From assembly GCA_037481835.1 (NCBI GenBank), contig JBBFKW010000005.1:128001-192000 (forward strand): a stretch of 64,000 nt of DNA, written 5' to 3'. The DNA is from Desulfosoma sp. (GTDB taxonomy: Bacteria; Desulfobacterota; Syntrophobacteria; Syntrophobacterales; DSM-9756). Positions 31,884-44,511 of the stretch are shown in pieces. The translations under genes and the position numbers were made by a program. Position 1 is the stretch's first letter, and each line of letters opens with the position of its first letter. The notes below the pieces were generated by a model. The model worked only from the letters and a program-made list of their open reading frames with translations, had not been told where the DNA came from and searched no databases.

Positions 31884-34490
31884 GTGAAGAGCCAAGCCAT
31901 GCGCCGTGTGTCTCTCCGGACGAAAATCTTTGCGGCCCTTGTGGTCGTCAGCGTCGTGACCCTTGCGACCTCCGGCGCTTTTCTGTTCCGGTACGGCGGC
32001 CGCCTGCTTCGGCTCAAGAGCGCGGACGAACTGGCTACAGCGTCGGCGGCCGTCGCCCACTTCGTGGATCATGGCCTGGAAGATGCCCTGCGGGATGCGG
32101 AATCCTGCCTCCTGGCGCTTCTTCCCGGCCTTGACGGCCATGGGACGGGACCCGAGGCAAAGACTGTTGAGGACCCTAATTTCAAGGCTTCTTTTCAGGA
32201 GGCCGGTCGCGCGTTTTTGCAATCCTTTCCCTGGGCGAAGGCCGTGGCCCTGCGGGACAGCCGTGGAGAAATCCTTGTGGCTTACGGCAAAGAAGACACC
32301 CTTTCGCCGACGGTCACGGCCTGCGACGCCATGCCGCTGTCTCCCAGGGGCTGTCTCGTCAAAGGACCCGAGTCTTCCGACGGCAAGGCCGCCTTCATGG
32401 AAATGGGGCTGAGCCGGCTGGGAAGCGGCCGGGCCCTGCGCTGTTCCGTAACCTTTTCCGTGGATGTCGCCCTCCTGACCGTGTCGGCTCCCGTGCCCGA
32501 AAAATTTTTTAAAGACACCGTTGTGGTTTTGGGAAGGCCGGGGCGAGCCGACGGGGTTCTCCTCAAAGAATCGGATTGGCTGGATGAGACCCTCGGAGAG
32601 GAACTCACCCACCGGCTCGGCCAACGCTTCCTGAGCGGCCGTCAAGACAGTGCGGGCCCATGGAAGCTGCACGGCCGCACGCTCTTGGTGGCATCCACAT
32701 CGTTGCCGAAACTGCGCTGGCCTATGGCTTTGGCCTATCCGGCGGAAAAGGCCGGAATGCCCTCATCGGCCTTATTGACCGCCATGGCCGGCGCTTGGGG
32801 CCTCGGCTTGGCCTTTTCCCTTCTGGTGTCCTGGTATGCCGCGGCATCCCTGGTGCGACCGATCCTGCGCCTGCGGGAGGCCTTTCGCGAATTCAGCCAA
32901 GGGCGATGGGACGTTCGGGTTCCGGTCACATCCCGTGACGAAATCGGAGAACTCACCGACGGCTTCAACGAAGGGGTGGCCTTCCTCAATACCCAGCACA
33001 GGAAACTCAAGAGATTTCAGACCCTGGTCCATCACGCCCAAGATGCCGTGCTCCTTTGTTCTCCCAAGGGAACCTTGGTCTATGCCAACCGGTCCGCCTA
33101 TGACTTTTTCGGTTTTGAGGGCCGGGAGGAAACGGTTCTTGCCCGGCTTCACGAGAGAGTGTGCCCGGCGGAGCGGGGGCGCTTCGAAAAGACCATCTGG
33201 CCTCGCATGCTGGAGGGCCCTTGGGAGGGGGAGATCCAGTTCTGTCGCCGAGACGGCCGGACCCGGGTGGGCTGGGTCCGCACGGGCGGGGTTCCCGGAG
33301 AAGAAGGCGAACCCAACCTCGTCTACGCCATCGTCCGGGATATTTCCGAGAGGAAGGCGGCGGAAAAGGCGGTGCGCGACGCGGAAGAATACTACCGCAC
33401 ACTGTTTCGAACGAGTCGCGACGCCATCGTGGTGACGGACCCGTCGGATACCATCGTCGACGTGAACGAACCGGGCTTCCCCAGCATTTTCGGGTATCAG
33501 CGCCATGAAGTTCTGGGCCGCTCCGTGACGGAGCTCATGGCGGAGGCCTCTCCCGAAGGCGTTCCCGAAACGGTCCGTTACCCCGTCGCTACGGGGCGCG
33601 GGACCCTGAAGTGGCGCCGCAAAGACGGCACGGTTTTCGCCGGAGAAACCACTGTGGACGCCCTCAAGGGGGGCAAGGACGAGGTGCGCGGCACTGTGCG
33701 CGTCATCCGCGATGTGAGCGAACGCGAAGCCTTTCTGGAAAAGTTGGAAAAGGCCTACCGGGACCTCAAAAGCCTCGATGAGCTCAAGGATAAATTCCTA
33801 GCGGGCGTGAGCCACGACCTGCGCACGCCGCTCATTCCCGTGAGGGCCTTTTTGGAAAAACTCATCCAAGGCCGATGGGGGCCTCTGACCCCAAGACAGG
33901 AAGAATTCCTTCGATATTGCCTCATCGGGGTCAGCCGGGAAATGATCCTCGTGGAGGAATTGCTGGACTACACGCGGCTGAAATCGGGAAGTCTTAGCCT
34001 TCGCACCGAAAGAGTGGACCTGCAGGACATCATCCGAGCCAGTCTCTTTTTGCTGAAAATTCTCGCCGAGACCAACCGGCTGACCGTGGCCGTGGACATG
34101 CCCGTGGACCCGGTTCCCGTTCTGGGCGATTACAACAAGCTCCTGCGCATTTTTCACAATCTCTTTTCCAATGCCGTCAAATACAATAGACCCGGTGGCC
34201 ATGTGACGGTGCGGGGATCCTGGCAGGGCCCCGAACGGTTTCGGGTGGCTGTGGAAGATTCGGGGATCGGGATCCCGCAGGAAAGCCTGCGGCGCATCTT
34301 CGACGATTTCTTCCGGGTGGAAGGGGCCGGGGTGGAGGCGCGAGGTTCCGGGATCGGCTTGGCCGTGGTTCGGGAATTGGTGCGGCTGCACGGGGCTGAG
34401 CTGGACGTGCAGAGCACCTTGGGGGTGGGCAGTGTCTTCGCCGTGACCTTTCCCGTGATAACGGAAAAAAACGCGGATGAAGCCGGATGA
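31884..34490 (+). CDS. Membrane sensor histidine kinase (HAMP, 2 PAS)
   Basis: Two TM segments, RDEIGEL HAMP, SHDLRTPL, NAVKY, EDSGIGI, GSGIGL; start uncertain. Confidence 0.9.
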   Translation: MKSQAMRRVSLRTKIFAALVVVSVVTLATSGAFLFRYGGRLLRLKSADELATASAAVAHFVDHGLEDALRDAESCLLALLPGLDGHGTGPEAKTVEDPNFKASFQEAGRAFLQSFPWAKAVALRDSRGEILVAYGKEDTLSPTVTACDAMPLSPRGCLVKGPESSDGKAAFMEMGLSRLGSGRALRCSVTFSVDVALLTVSAPVPEKFFKDTVVVLGRPGRADGVLLKESDWLDETLGEELTHRLGQRFLSGRQDSAGPWKLHGRTLLVASTSLPKLRWPMALAYPAEKAGMPSSALLTAMAGAWGLGLAFSLLVSWYAAASLVRPILRLREAFREFSQGRWDVRVPVTSRDEIGELTDGFNEGVAFLNTQHRKLKRFQTLVHHAQDAVLLCSPKGTLVYANRSAYDFFGFEGREETVLARLHERVCPAERGRFEKTIWPRMLEGPWEGEIQFCRRDGRTRVGWVRTGGVPGEEGEPNLVYAIVRDISERKAAEKAVRDAEEYYRTLFRTSRDAIVVTDPSDTIVDVNEPGFPSIFGYQRHEVLGRSVTELMAEASPEGVPETVRYPVATGRGTLKWRRKDGTVFAGETTVDALKGGKDEVRGTVRVIRDVSEREAFLEKLEKAYRDLKSLDELKDKFLAGVSHDLRTPLIPVRAFLEKLIQGRWGPLTPRQEEFLRYCLIGVSREMILVEELLDYTRLKSGSLSLRTERVDLQDIIRASLFLLKILAETNRLTVAVDMPVDPVPVLGDYNKLLRIFHNLFSNAVKYNRPGGHVTVRGSWQGPERFRVAVEDSGIGIPQESLRRIFDDFFRVEGAGVEARGSGIGLAVVRELVRLHGAELDVQSTLGVGSVFAVTFPVITEKNADEAG

Positions 34491-34529
34491 AGCAGGGGTT
34501 TCACCAGGCCGGGCGCGGAGGAGTGGCCT

Positions 34530-35075
34530 GTGGACGGAAAGGAGGGGGAGCGCAACGTGGAGGTGTTCAAGTTCTCCAAAAAGGGAGATGGGGGAGAGAC
34601 CAGCCTGCTCACGGGGGAAAGGGTTTCCAAGGGAAGCCTGAGGCCGGAGACTTACGGGACCCTGGATGAGGCCAGTTCCGTGCTCGGGCTGGCCAAGGCG
34701 TTCAGCACCAACGAAAGGCTTCGGGCCATCATGCACACCATCCAGGAAGATCTGCTCGTCCTGGGGGCTCAGCTCGCCGACACCGGAGAAAAGCCAAGCC
34801 GCTGGAAAGTGGAAAATCATCATGTGGACCGGCTGGAGGAATGGATCGAAGCCTTGCAGCACGAGGTGCCTCTGCCGCGCCGTTTTGTCCTGCCTGGGGC
34901 CAACCCCGTGAGTGCCGCCTTGGACATGGCGCGAACCGTCGTTCGGCGCGCCGAACGCTGCGCCGTGAGGCTCAAGGAAGAAGGACACCTGGAAGAGCCC
35001 CTGGTCCACGCCTACCTGAACCGCCTGGCGGACCTCCTGTTCACCATGGCCCGATACGCGGAAAAACACCCGTAA
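34530..35075 (+). CDS. PduO-type cob(I)alamin adenosyltransferase
   Basis: KGDGGETSL, YGTLDEA, FVLPG, RTVVRRAER, LNRLADLLF. Confidence 0.9.
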   Translation: MDGKEGERNVEVFKFSKKGDGGETSLLTGERVSKGSLRPETYGTLDEASSVLGLAKAFSTNERLRAIMHTIQEDLLVLGAQLADTGEKPSRWKVENHHVDRLEEWIEALQHEVPLPRRFVLPGANPVSAALDMARTVVRRAERCAVRLKEEGHLEEPLVHAYLNRLADLLFTMARYAEKHP

Positions 35076-35117
35076 AACGACGCCTTCAAGGCAGCTCCGA
35101 GCGCCGGGACGTTTTGC

Positions 35118-35149
35118 ACCCCGAAGCGAAGCCCTTCGGGGTTTTTTTT
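35118..35149 (+). terminator. Intrinsic terminator
   Basis: ACCCCGAAG-loop-CTTCGGGGT followed by a T-run. Confidence 0.8.
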
Positions 35150-35341
35150 GCGTGGGCAGGGCCGGGCCCGAGGGATCGCCGCCCGGGATCGGCAATGCTG
35201 AAAAAAAAGAAAAAAAAGAAAAACGAAAAAAAACAGAGATTCCGATTTTCGCGCCGCCAGGCCTTGGGGATAATCGGTTTTCGGAGGCGAACTTGTTTCT
35301 TTTTCGGACTTGCCATTTTCGGGGGATGCCTTTATTCACTG

Positions 35342-35368
35342 TTAGCACTCGATGGAGCCGAGTGCTAA
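35342..35368. promoter_or_regulatory. CIRCE element (HrcA operator)
   Basis: Exact TTAGCACTC-N9-GAGTGCTAA upstream of groES. Confidence 0.97.
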
Positions 35369-35401
35369 CATCACCGCATGAATCGAAAGGAGATGAAGGC
35401 C

Positions 35402-35689
35402 ATGAAGTTACGTCCACTGCATGACCGAGTGATCGTCAAACGCCTGGAAGAGGAGGAACGGACCCAGGGCGGCATCATCATTCCCGACACGGCCAAGGAA
35501 AAGCCCCAGCAGGGCAAGGTCTTGGCCGTGGGCAAAGGCAAGCTCCTTGACAAGGGCGAGGTCGTCCCCTTGATGGTCAAGGAAGGCGACCGGGTGCTCT
35601 TCTCCAAGTATGCCGGCACGGAAGTCAAGGTGGAAGGCGAAGAGCTTCTCATTATGCGTGAAGACGACATCTTGGCCGTTCTCGACTGA
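35402..35689 (+). CDS. groES: Co-chaperonin GroES
   Basis: [28 protein letters not shown]. Confidence 0.98.
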   Translation: MKLRPLHDRVIVKRLEEEERTQGGIIIPDTAKEKPQQGKVLAVGKGKLLDKGEVVPLMVKEGDRVLFSKYAGTEVKVEGEELLIMREDDILAVLD

Positions 35690-35701
35690 TCGCATGGATG
35701 A

Positions 35702-37333
<1,632 letters not shown>

Positions 37334-37361
37334 TCCCGTGGGCTCGGCAGCGGCGCCGTGC

Positions 37362-37392
37362 AAGAACCCGGACTCGGTCCGGGTTCTTTTTT
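37362..37392 (+). terminator. groESL terminator
   Basis: AAGAACCCGGAC-TCG-GTCCGGGTTCTT-TTTT. Confidence 0.85.
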
Positions 37393-37467
37393 GTTGCGCC
37401 CAAGACCGCAAGTTGCTATGCACGGAGCGTTCCAAATCCCGGTTCGGGCACGAAAGGAGAAGCCACT

Positions 37468-37839
37468 ATGGCTCGTGTCACTGTGGAAGACTGCCTGAGG
37501 CAGGTGGAAAATCGTTTCGCCTTGGTGCATCTTGCGGTCCGTCGCGTGCTCCAGTTGCGAAAAGGGGCGACGCCGCTCATCGACGCACCCAAGAACAAGG
37601 AAGTGGTCATTGCCTTGAGGGAAATTGCGGCGGGAAAGGTCACCCCGCAAAACATCCTGGAGTTGGAGGCCCGGGAAGACCTCAACGGGGAACTGTTGCG
37701 GCGCCGGAGAATCGCCTCCACGACGGAAGAGATCCAGGAAGTGATGGAGGAGTCGGCCCCGAGCGGCTCTTTGGAAGAGTCCATGGAAGAGGCGGTCGCG
37801 GAGGGGCAGACCGAGAAGGATGAAGAGGCCGACGTGTGA
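37468..37839 (+). CDS. rpoZ: RNA polymerase omega subunit (acidic tail)
   Basis: [22 protein letters not shown]. Confidence 0.95.
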   Translation: MARVTVEDCLRQVENRFALVHLAVRRVLQLRKGATPLIDAPKNKEVVIALREIAAGKVTPQNILELEAREDLNGELLRRRRIASTTEEIQEVMEESAPSGSLEESMEEAVAEGQTEKDEEADV

Positions 37840-37871
37840 GCCGTCTGTTCGGATGGCGGAGTGAGGCGGCG

Positions 37872-38207
37872 ATGGGAAACGACGGTTTCTTGTCGTGTCT
37901 GGAAAAGAGGGAGCTGCTCAACCGCACGGCGGTGTCCGTCGATGAACTGCGTGCTCGGGCGAAGGCCTTGGAAGAGGCGGGCCTGATCCACGACGCCGTG
38001 GACTTTTATGAAAAGGCCCAGGCATGGAGCGAGATCGAGCGGCTGATCCCGTTGGCCGTGGAAGAAGGGGACGCTTTTCTCTTCGCCCGGCTTTTCCGTG
38101 TGCTCAAGAAGGACCCTTCCCCGGAGCAGTGGCGGGCTTTGGCGGCTCGGGCCGAAGCCTTGGGAAAGAGGCTTTATGCCCAGCGCGCCCTGCAGCAGGT
38201 TTCTTGA
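37872..38207 (+). CDS. Hypothetical helical protein
   Basis: Co-oriented ORF with GAGG RBS between rpoZ and dnaJ; start uncertain. Confidence 0.65.
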   Translation: MGNDGFLSCLEKRELLNRTAVSVDELRARAKALEEAGLIHDAVDFYEKAQAWSEIERLIPLAVEEGDAFLFARLFRVLKKDPSPEQWRALAARAEALGKRLYAQRALQQVS

Positions 38208-38290
38208 CAAGTCCCTGCGGCATGCTTAAGAGACCTTCGGCCATCGGCCCAATCCCGTCGAAGCGTTCTCCGGTATAGGTGAAAGAAATT

Positions 38291-39436
38291 ATGGCAGCAA
38301 CCCGGGACTATTACGAAATCCTCGGTGTTTCACGCAACGCCACCGAAGAAGAGATCAAGAAGGCCTACCGCAAGCTCGCCCTCCAGTACCATCCCGACCG
38401 CAATCCGGGGGATAAGGAGGCTGAGGAGCGCTTCAAGGAAGCGGCCGAGGCCTATGAAGTGTTGCGGGATCCCGAAAAGCGCCGGCTCTACGACCAGTTC
38501 GGCCATGAAGGCCTTCGGGGCGCCGGTTTCCAAGGGTTCCAGGGCTTCGACGATATTTTCAGTTCCTTCGGAGACATCTTTCAAGAGTTTTTCTCTTTTA
38601 ACTTCGGCACCTCCCAGAGGCCGCGCACCAGCGCCCGCCCGGGAAACGATCTCCTCTACGAGTTGGAAATCACCTTTGAAGAGGCCATCTTCGGCACCGA
38701 AAAAGATTTGGACATCGACACCTATCGGCAGTGCGAGCGCTGCGGCGGCAGCGGGTCCGAGCCGGGATCGTCGGAAAGCACCTGCCCTCTGTGTCGGGGG
38801 CGGGGCCAGGTGGTGCAAAGCCAAGGGTTTTTCCGCATCGCCACCACCTGCTCGCGGTGCCACGGATCGGGGCGGGTGATCACGACCCCGTGCCGGGACT
38901 GCGGCGGGCAGGGCCGGGTGAGGCGTGTCAAGAAGGTTCACGTGAAGGTCCCGCCTGGAGTGGATTCCGGGACGCGGCTGCGCTTGCGCGGTGAAGGAGA
39001 AAGCGGTTATCGCGGGGGCATGGCGGGGGATCTCTATGTGCGGCTCAAGGTGCAGCCGCACGAAATCTTTGAAAGGGACGGCAACGACCTCTACGCCAAG
39101 ATTTCCGTGTCCTTCGCCCAAGCCATCCTGGGCGACGAAGTCACTCTCAAAACTTTGGACGGTGAAAAGACCATCACCATTGAACCGGGCACGCAACCCG
39201 GAACGGTTTTGAAATTCCGCGGCGAAGGGGTTCCGTCTCTCAGGGGCTTCGGCCGAGGCGACCTCTTCGTGCAAATCGATGTGACCATCCCCTCCAAGAT
39301 CACCCCCCGCCAAAGAGAGCTCCTCCAGGAATTTATGGCCATAGAAGAGGAAAAGGCCGACAAGAAGATGCGCAAATGGCCCTGGAGCAAACGCCGTCAG
39401 GACAAAGACCGGGTTGTGGGCGAAGCCGCCCGCTAG
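38291..39436 (+). CDS. dnaJ: Chaperone DnaJ
   Basis: J domain HPD, G/F region, four CxxCxGxG. Confidence 0.96.
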   Translation: MAATRDYYEILGVSRNATEEEIKKAYRKLALQYHPDRNPGDKEAEERFKEAAEAYEVLRDPEKRRLYDQFGHEGLRGAGFQGFQGFDDIFSSFGDIFQEFFSFNFGTSQRPRTSARPGNDLLYELEITFEEAIFGTEKDLDIDTYRQCERCGGSGSEPGSSESTCPLCRGRGQVVQSQGFFRIATTCSRCHGSGRVITTPCRDCGGQGRVRRVKKVHVKVPPGVDSGTRLRLRGEGESGYRGGMAGDLYVRLKVQPHEIFERDGNDLYAKISVSFAQAILGDEVTLKTLDGEKTITIEPGTQPGTVLKFRGEGVPSLRGFGRGDLFVQIDVTIPSKITPRQRELLQEFMAIEEEKADKKMRKWPWSKRRQDKDRVVGEAAR

Positions 39437-39517
39437 GGCCCGGGTATTGGTTTTCCACGCCGAGTTTGTGAAGGGTGCGGCCCCCGGGACGCGACGGGTG
39501 GTAAAGGAGGGTCGATC

Positions 39518-39730
39518 GTGTGGGTTGACCATCATCCCGGCCAATACCAGGATTTTCACGCCACGGCGCTCTATTGCCCGCGGTGTCGGCAGGCCATGCC
39601 GGTCCGCAGCCGGCTCTTGCTGATCCTGCCCGACGGGGAACTCCACGAGTATCTATGCGGCGTGTGTGCCACATCGGTGGGGACCAAAACCGTCAGACAG
39701 GAGCGCGAAGCGCGCCTCTTTATGCCGTAG
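39518..39730 (+). CDS. Small zinc-ribbon-like protein
   Basis: AAGGAGG RBS; YCPRC...YLCGVC. Confidence 0.7.
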   Translation: MWVDHHPGQYQDFHATALYCPRCRQAMPVRSRLLLILPDGELHEYLCGVCATSVGTKTVRQEREARLFMP

Positions 39731-39802
39731 CGGGCAAGGAAGCGCGTTGGGAAAAATTTGTCAAAGACGCAGTGCCGTAGGTTCGCGCAGAGGTGGACAG
39801 CG

Positions 39803-40798
39803 ATGATCGAAGCGCATGGTTTGACCAAGTGGTACGGCCCCGTGCCGGCCATCCAGGATGTGAGTTTTGAGATCGCCAAGGGGGAAGTGGTGGGTTTTCT
39901 CGGCCCCAACGGCGCGGGCAAGTCCACCACCATCCGCATCCTCACGTGTTTCATGCCGCCCACGGCGGGTTCGGCCACGGTGGACGGCCTGGACTGCCTG
40001 GAAGACTCCCTGGAAGTGCGGCGACGGATCGGGTATCTCCCCGAAAATGTTCCCTTATACAACGAGATGACCGTGCGGCGGTTCCTCTCTTTTATCGCCC
40101 AGGTCAAGGGCGTGCCTTGGAAAGACATCCGAAAGGAAGTGGATCGCGTGACGGAGGTCTGCGGGTTGCACTCTGTCCGAAACCGCATCATCGGCAACCT
40201 TTCCAAGGGATTCCGGCAGAGGGTGGGGCTGGCCCAAGCCCTTGTGAGCAACCCGCCGGTGCTCATTCTGGATGAGCCCACCATCGGGTTGGACCCGACA
40301 CAGATTGTGGAAATTCGAAAACTCATCCAGGATTTGCGGGAAGACCACACGGTGCTCCTGAGCAGTCACATCCTGCCCGAAGTGGCCCAGATCTGCCAGC
40401 GTGTGCTCATCATCAACAAGGGCCGCATCGTGGCCACCGACACCCCGGGAGCCCTCACGGCCCAGGTGCAAAAGTCGGCCAAAATCCGCCTCACCGTCTC
40501 GGGGGACGGCACCGGGCTGGCCGAATCCTTGAGACGCCTCGACGGGGTTTTGCAGGTCCACACCGAGCCCGGGGATCCCTTCCAGTTGGTGGTGGAAACC
40601 GATCGCAGCCGCGATCTCCGGCCCACTTTGGCCCGCACGGCGGTGCACTCCGGGGTGGATCTCTTGGAACTCAAAACCGTGGACCTGAGTTTGGAAGACA
40701 TCTTTATGCATTTGGTGACGGAAGAGCCTGTGGGTCAGGATGGGGCCATCGCCGAAAGTGTAGGGGATCCGATGCACAAGGAGGGAGCGAGGTCATGA
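39803..40798 (+). CDS. ABC transporter ATP-binding protein (GldA-like)
   Basis: GPNGAGKST, LSKGFRQ, ILDEP, SSH. Confidence 0.93.
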   Translation: MIEAHGLTKWYGPVPAIQDVSFEIAKGEVVGFLGPNGAGKSTTIRILTCFMPPTAGSATVDGLDCLEDSLEVRRRIGYLPENVPLYNEMTVRRFLSFIAQVKGVPWKDIRKEVDRVTEVCGLHSVRNRIIGNLSKGFRQRVGLAQALVSNPPVLILDEPTIGLDPTQIVEIRKLIQDLREDHTVLLSSHILPEVAQICQRVLIINKGRIVATDTPGALTAQVQKSAKIRLTVSGDGTGLAESLRRLDGVLQVHTEPGDPFQLVVETDRSRDLRPTLARTAVHSGVDLLELKTVDLSLEDIFMHLVTEEPVGQDGAIAESVGDPMHKEGARS

Positions 40799-41565
40799 GG
40801 GGCTTTTGGGCTGTTTACCGCAAAGAACTCTACGCGCTTTTCGCCTCCCCCATTTTTTACGTGGTGGCGTTTATCTTTCTCGTCCTCAACGGCTACTTTT
40901 TCTACACGGCCTTGGCCTACTACAACATGGTGAGCTTCCAGGCGGCCCAGAATCCGTTCATGGCCCACCAGCTGAACCTCATGGACATGGTCGTCCGTCC
41001 CGTTTTCATGGATTTGAGCGTCGTCTTGCTGCTCACGGCGCCCCTTTTGACCATGAGGACTTATGCCGATGAAAGACGCTCCGGGACCATGGAGCTGCTT
41101 TTCACGCTGCCCGTCACGGACAAGGGGGTTCTGGCGGCCAAATTCGCCGGGGTGCTCACCACCTTGGCCCTGCTTCTCGTGGGGACGGTGCCGTGCATGG
41201 CGGTTTTAGGGGCGGTGGCCGACCCCAACTGGAAAGCCATCCTATGCGCCTATCTCGGGCTGTTCCTCCTGGGCGCCGCCTTCCTATCCCTGGGCATGTT
41301 TTCCTCGGCTTTCACGAAGAACCAAATCGTGGCGGCGGTCCTCTCCTTCGGCGCCCTGCTCCTTTTTTGGGTCATCGGATGGCTCAGTTCCATCATGGGG
41401 CCCACGTCCATGCGTCTGGTGGAGTACCTTTCCATTATCCGCCATTTCGACACCTTCTCCAAAGGGGTGCTCGATTCCCGGGACGTGATCTACTACCTCC
41501 TTTTCATTAGCCTTTTCCTCTTTGTGACCGTGCGCCAGATCGAATCCTACCGGTGGCGCGGTTAG
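40795..41565 (+). CDS. ABC-2 permease (GldF-like)
   Basis: Hydrophobic; ERRSGTMELLFT, NQIVAA. Confidence 0.88.
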   Translation: MRGFWAVYRKELYALFASPIFYVVAFIFLVLNGYFFYTALAYYNMVSFQAAQNPFMAHQLNLMDMVVRPVFMDLSVVLLLTAPLLTMRTYADERRSGTMELLFTLPVTDKGVLAAKFAGVLTTLALLLVGTVPCMAVLGAVADPNWKAILCAYLGLFLLGAAFLSLGMFSSAFTKNQIVAAVLSFGALLLFWVIGWLSSIMGPTSMRLVEYLSIIRHFDTFSKGVLDSRDVIYYLLFISLFLFVTVRQIESYRWRG

Positions 41566-41606
41566 GGTTGAAAAGATCGGACCGAAGACGACGGAGGCGT
41601 CCCATC

Positions 41607-43064
41607 ATGCCGAAGACTTTACGATCTCGAAGGCTCCACTACGGATCCAGTGCCATATTTTCCACCGTGGTGTTTCTGGCCATCCTGGTCGTGGTGGCCC
41701 TCATTGCGGAAAGACACCCGCTGAGAGCGGATCTCACCGAAACCGGGCAATTCAGCCTTTCCGAACAGAGCCGAAAGATTGTCGCCTCGCTCCAGGAGCC
41801 CGTGACTGTCAAGGCCTTTTTTGCGGGCGGTGCGCCTGAGGCTTCCCGGGCCAAGGACCTCCTGGAAACGTACCGCTATTACAATAAGAACATCCGGTAC
41901 GAATTCATCGACCCGGACAGGGAACCGCAATTGGCCCGGCAGTACGAAATCCGGGATTACGGGGTCCTGGTGGTGGAGGGGCTGGGGCGCAAGGAAACCG
42001 CGCCCCGGGCCGACGAAGAGGCCCTGACCAACGCTTTGTTCAAGCTCAGCCAAAAGGAGGACAAGACCGTCTATTTCCTCACAGGGCACGGGGAGCGCTC
42101 CCCGGAGGAGATGAACAAAAGCGGGTACTCGTCGGCCAAGTCGGCCCTGGTCAAAGAAAACTACCAGGTCAAGCCGCTCAACTTGATGCAGCAGCCCCAA
42201 GTGCCTCAGGATGCGGCGGTGGTCATTGTGGCCGGGCCCCAAAAGCCCCTGTTTCCTGAAGAAGCGGCGTCCTTGGAGGCGTATCTGCTTCGCGGCGGAA
42301 AGATCGTGTTTTTCTTGGACCCGCAAAAGGACGGCGGGACACGGTCCCTCGTGGAAAAATACGGGATCGTCCTCGGCGATGACATGATCATCGACAAGCT
42401 GAGCCGCGTCTTTGGCGGCAGCTACCTCATGCCTGTGGTCACCCAGTACGGCTCGCACAAGATCACCCAGAGATTCAACGTGGCGACCTTTTATTCGGAA
42501 GCCCGCTCCGTGGGCGCGTCCCAAAACCCTCCCGAAGGCGTCACCCTGGTGACCCTGGCCTCCACGTCCGAAAACGCGTGGGCCGAAACGGACTTGGAAC
42601 GGCTCTTTCGCGGCGAGGCGAGCTTCGAGGAAGGCAAAGACAAGCCCGGCCCCGTGTCCCTCGGGGTGCTGGCGGCCGTGGACACGAAAAAATTTCACGA
42701 AGCCCGCTCCGACGGCACCCAGGCCCCCAAGGAGCCCCAGGAATCTCAAAAGCCTGCAGAAGAAAGGGGCGCCGCGGAGGCCAAGCCGACACTGGGGTAC
42801 CTCGTGGTCTTCGGGGATTCGGATTTTGTGGACAACACCCACTTCGGCGTTTCGGGAAACGGGGACCTTTTCCTCAACATGGTTCATTTCCTCGCGGAAG
42901 AAGAAACCCTCATCACCATCGAACCGCGAAAACAAAAAGCCCAGACCTTGATGCTCACGGAAAACCAAGCTCGAATGGTCTTCTGGACGTCCATGGTGGG
43001 CGTTCCCATGGTCGTCGTCCTCATGGGATTCGGGGTGTACCGTGTTCGGAGGTCGCAGCGATGA
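41607..43064 (+). CDS. GldG-like ABC accessory protein
   Basis: DLTETGQFSLS, YFLTGHGE, GDSDF, N- and C-terminal TM. Confidence 0.85.
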   Translation: MPKTLRSRRLHYGSSAIFSTVVFLAILVVVALIAERHPLRADLTETGQFSLSEQSRKIVASLQEPVTVKAFFAGGAPEASRAKDLLETYRYYNKNIRYEFIDPDREPQLARQYEIRDYGVLVVEGLGRKETAPRADEEALTNALFKLSQKEDKTVYFLTGHGERSPEEMNKSGYSSAKSALVKENYQVKPLNLMQQPQVPQDAAVVIVAGPQKPLFPEEAASLEAYLLRGGKIVFFLDPQKDGGTRSLVEKYGIVLGDDMIIDKLSRVFGGSYLMPVVTQYGSHKITQRFNVATFYSEARSVGASQNPPEGVTLVTLASTSENAWAETDLERLFRGEASFEEGKDKPGPVSLGVLAAVDTKKFHEARSDGTQAPKEPQESQKPAEERGAAEAKPTLGYLVVFGDSDFVDNTHFGVSGNGDLFLNMVHFLAEEETLITIEPRKQKAQTLMLTENQARMVFWTSMVGVPMVVVLMGFGVYRVRRSQR

Positions 43065-44440
43065 AGTGGCGTCATTCGCTGATCTACCTGCTCATCTTGG
43101 CGCTCCTCGGCGGCTACTATTATTACTTCGAAGTGGTGAAGAAACGGGAAAAGGAGGAGGCACAGCGTGCCAAGAATCGGCTTTTCTCCGTCGCCACGGA
43201 AGCCGTCGATGAAATCATCCTCGAAGCCAAAGACAAGCCCGCCGTGCACCTGCTGAAAAAAGACGGCGCCTGGATTTTGGATGGGCCTGTGACGACGGAA
43301 GCGGATCAGAACGCCGTGGACACGCTGCTCCATTCTCTGCTGAACCTGGAAAAGAACCGCGACGTGGACGAATCGGCCAAGGATATGGGGCTCTACGGCC
43401 TCTCGGACCCCGCCTTCGTGGTGCGCTTCCGGTCCGGGGAGACCTGGCAGCGCATCCGATTCGGATCCAAGAACCCGACGGGCGAAAGTCACTATGCCGC
43501 CAAAGGGGATGAAAACGCCGTCTTCCTTCTGGCTGCGGGGAGCGTGACCGCCCTGAGCAAAGGGCCCGATGAGCTTCGACGGCGGGATCTCTTGACCTTT
43601 GAAGACGAGGAGATCCGCAGCCTCTCGGTGTCCTGGGCCGACGGACACCGCCTCACGCTCGTTCGCGATGAAAAAGACAAAGACTTTTGGCGATGCTCTG
43701 AAGAGCCCGAACGGCGCGTAAAGCGTGCCAAGGTGGACAACATCCTCAATCAGATCCGCTGGGCTCGAGCCAAAACCTTTCTGGATATTTCAGCGGAAGA
43801 CTCGCAGGTCTGGGCCTCGGGGGTTCCTGAGGTGCACGTCATCGTGCAGGGACGCGACGGGCCGCCCCGGGAGGTGAAGATCGGCCGGAAAAAAGAAGCC
43901 TCGGAAACCTATGTGGCCTGGAGTTCGCAGATGTCTACGCTCGTCACGGTGGACGGCTCGATCCTAAAAGACCTGCCCAAGACCGTGCGCGACGTGGAGG
44001 ATCGCTCGGTGGCGGCGCTGGATTCCAAGAACGTGACCCGGGTCCACTATCAAATGCATGGGCAAAAGGGGGAGTTGGTCCTCCAAGACGACGGCGCGTG
44101 GGCGCATGTGGGCGCGGACGGGTCCCGGCGGGTGATCAAAGAATCGTGGCGCGTGCGCCCCGTCTTTTGGGAATGGGAAGACCTGGAGTACGAAGAAAAG
44201 GCTTCCGCCGACCTTAAGCGCCCCGAGGAGCAGGATCTCAATCGCATGGAGTTTTCCACAAAGGACGGCGTGACGGTCGCAGTGTCCTGGCCCGGAGCGA
44301 ACCGGGACGAGAGCGCCCAAACCCTTCCCCTTTGGACGGGATCGAACGAGGCCTATCTGGTCAAAGTCGAAAAAATCAGGGAAATCGAAGAAAAGATCCA
44401 GGACGTTCTGAAAAGAGCCTCAGAGAAAGCTTCGTCCTGA
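43061..44440 (+). CDS. DUF4340-like membrane-anchored protein
   Basis: N-terminal TM, YGLSDP, GSKNPTG; typical fourth gene of Gld-like ABC clusters. Confidence 0.7.
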   Translation: MKWRHSLIYLLILALLGGYYYYFEVVKKREKEEAQRAKNRLFSVATEAVDEIILEAKDKPAVHLLKKDGAWILDGPVTTEADQNAVDTLLHSLLNLEKNRDVDESAKDMGLYGLSDPAFVVRFRSGETWQRIRFGSKNPTGESHYAAKGDENAVFLLAAGSVTALSKGPDELRRRDLLTFEDEEIRSLSVSWADGHRLTLVRDEKDKDFWRCSEEPERRVKRAKVDNILNQIRWARAKTFLDISAEDSQVWASGVPEVHVIVQGRDGPPREVKIGRKKEASETYVAWSSQMSTLVTVDGSILKDLPKTVRDVEDRSVAALDSKNVTRVHYQMHGQKGELVLQDDGAWAHVGADGSRRVIKESWRVRPVFWEWEDLEYEEKASADLKRPEEQDLNRMEFSTKDGVTVAVSWPGANRDESAQTLPLWTGSNEAYLVKVEKIREIEEKIQDVLKRASEKASS

Positions 44441-44511
44441 GAGGACCCCGCAGAAGCTTGAGTGGGTGAAAGGGGAAGCCCGGGGGGGCGGGCCGGCCCG
44501 CCGCCCTTTCT

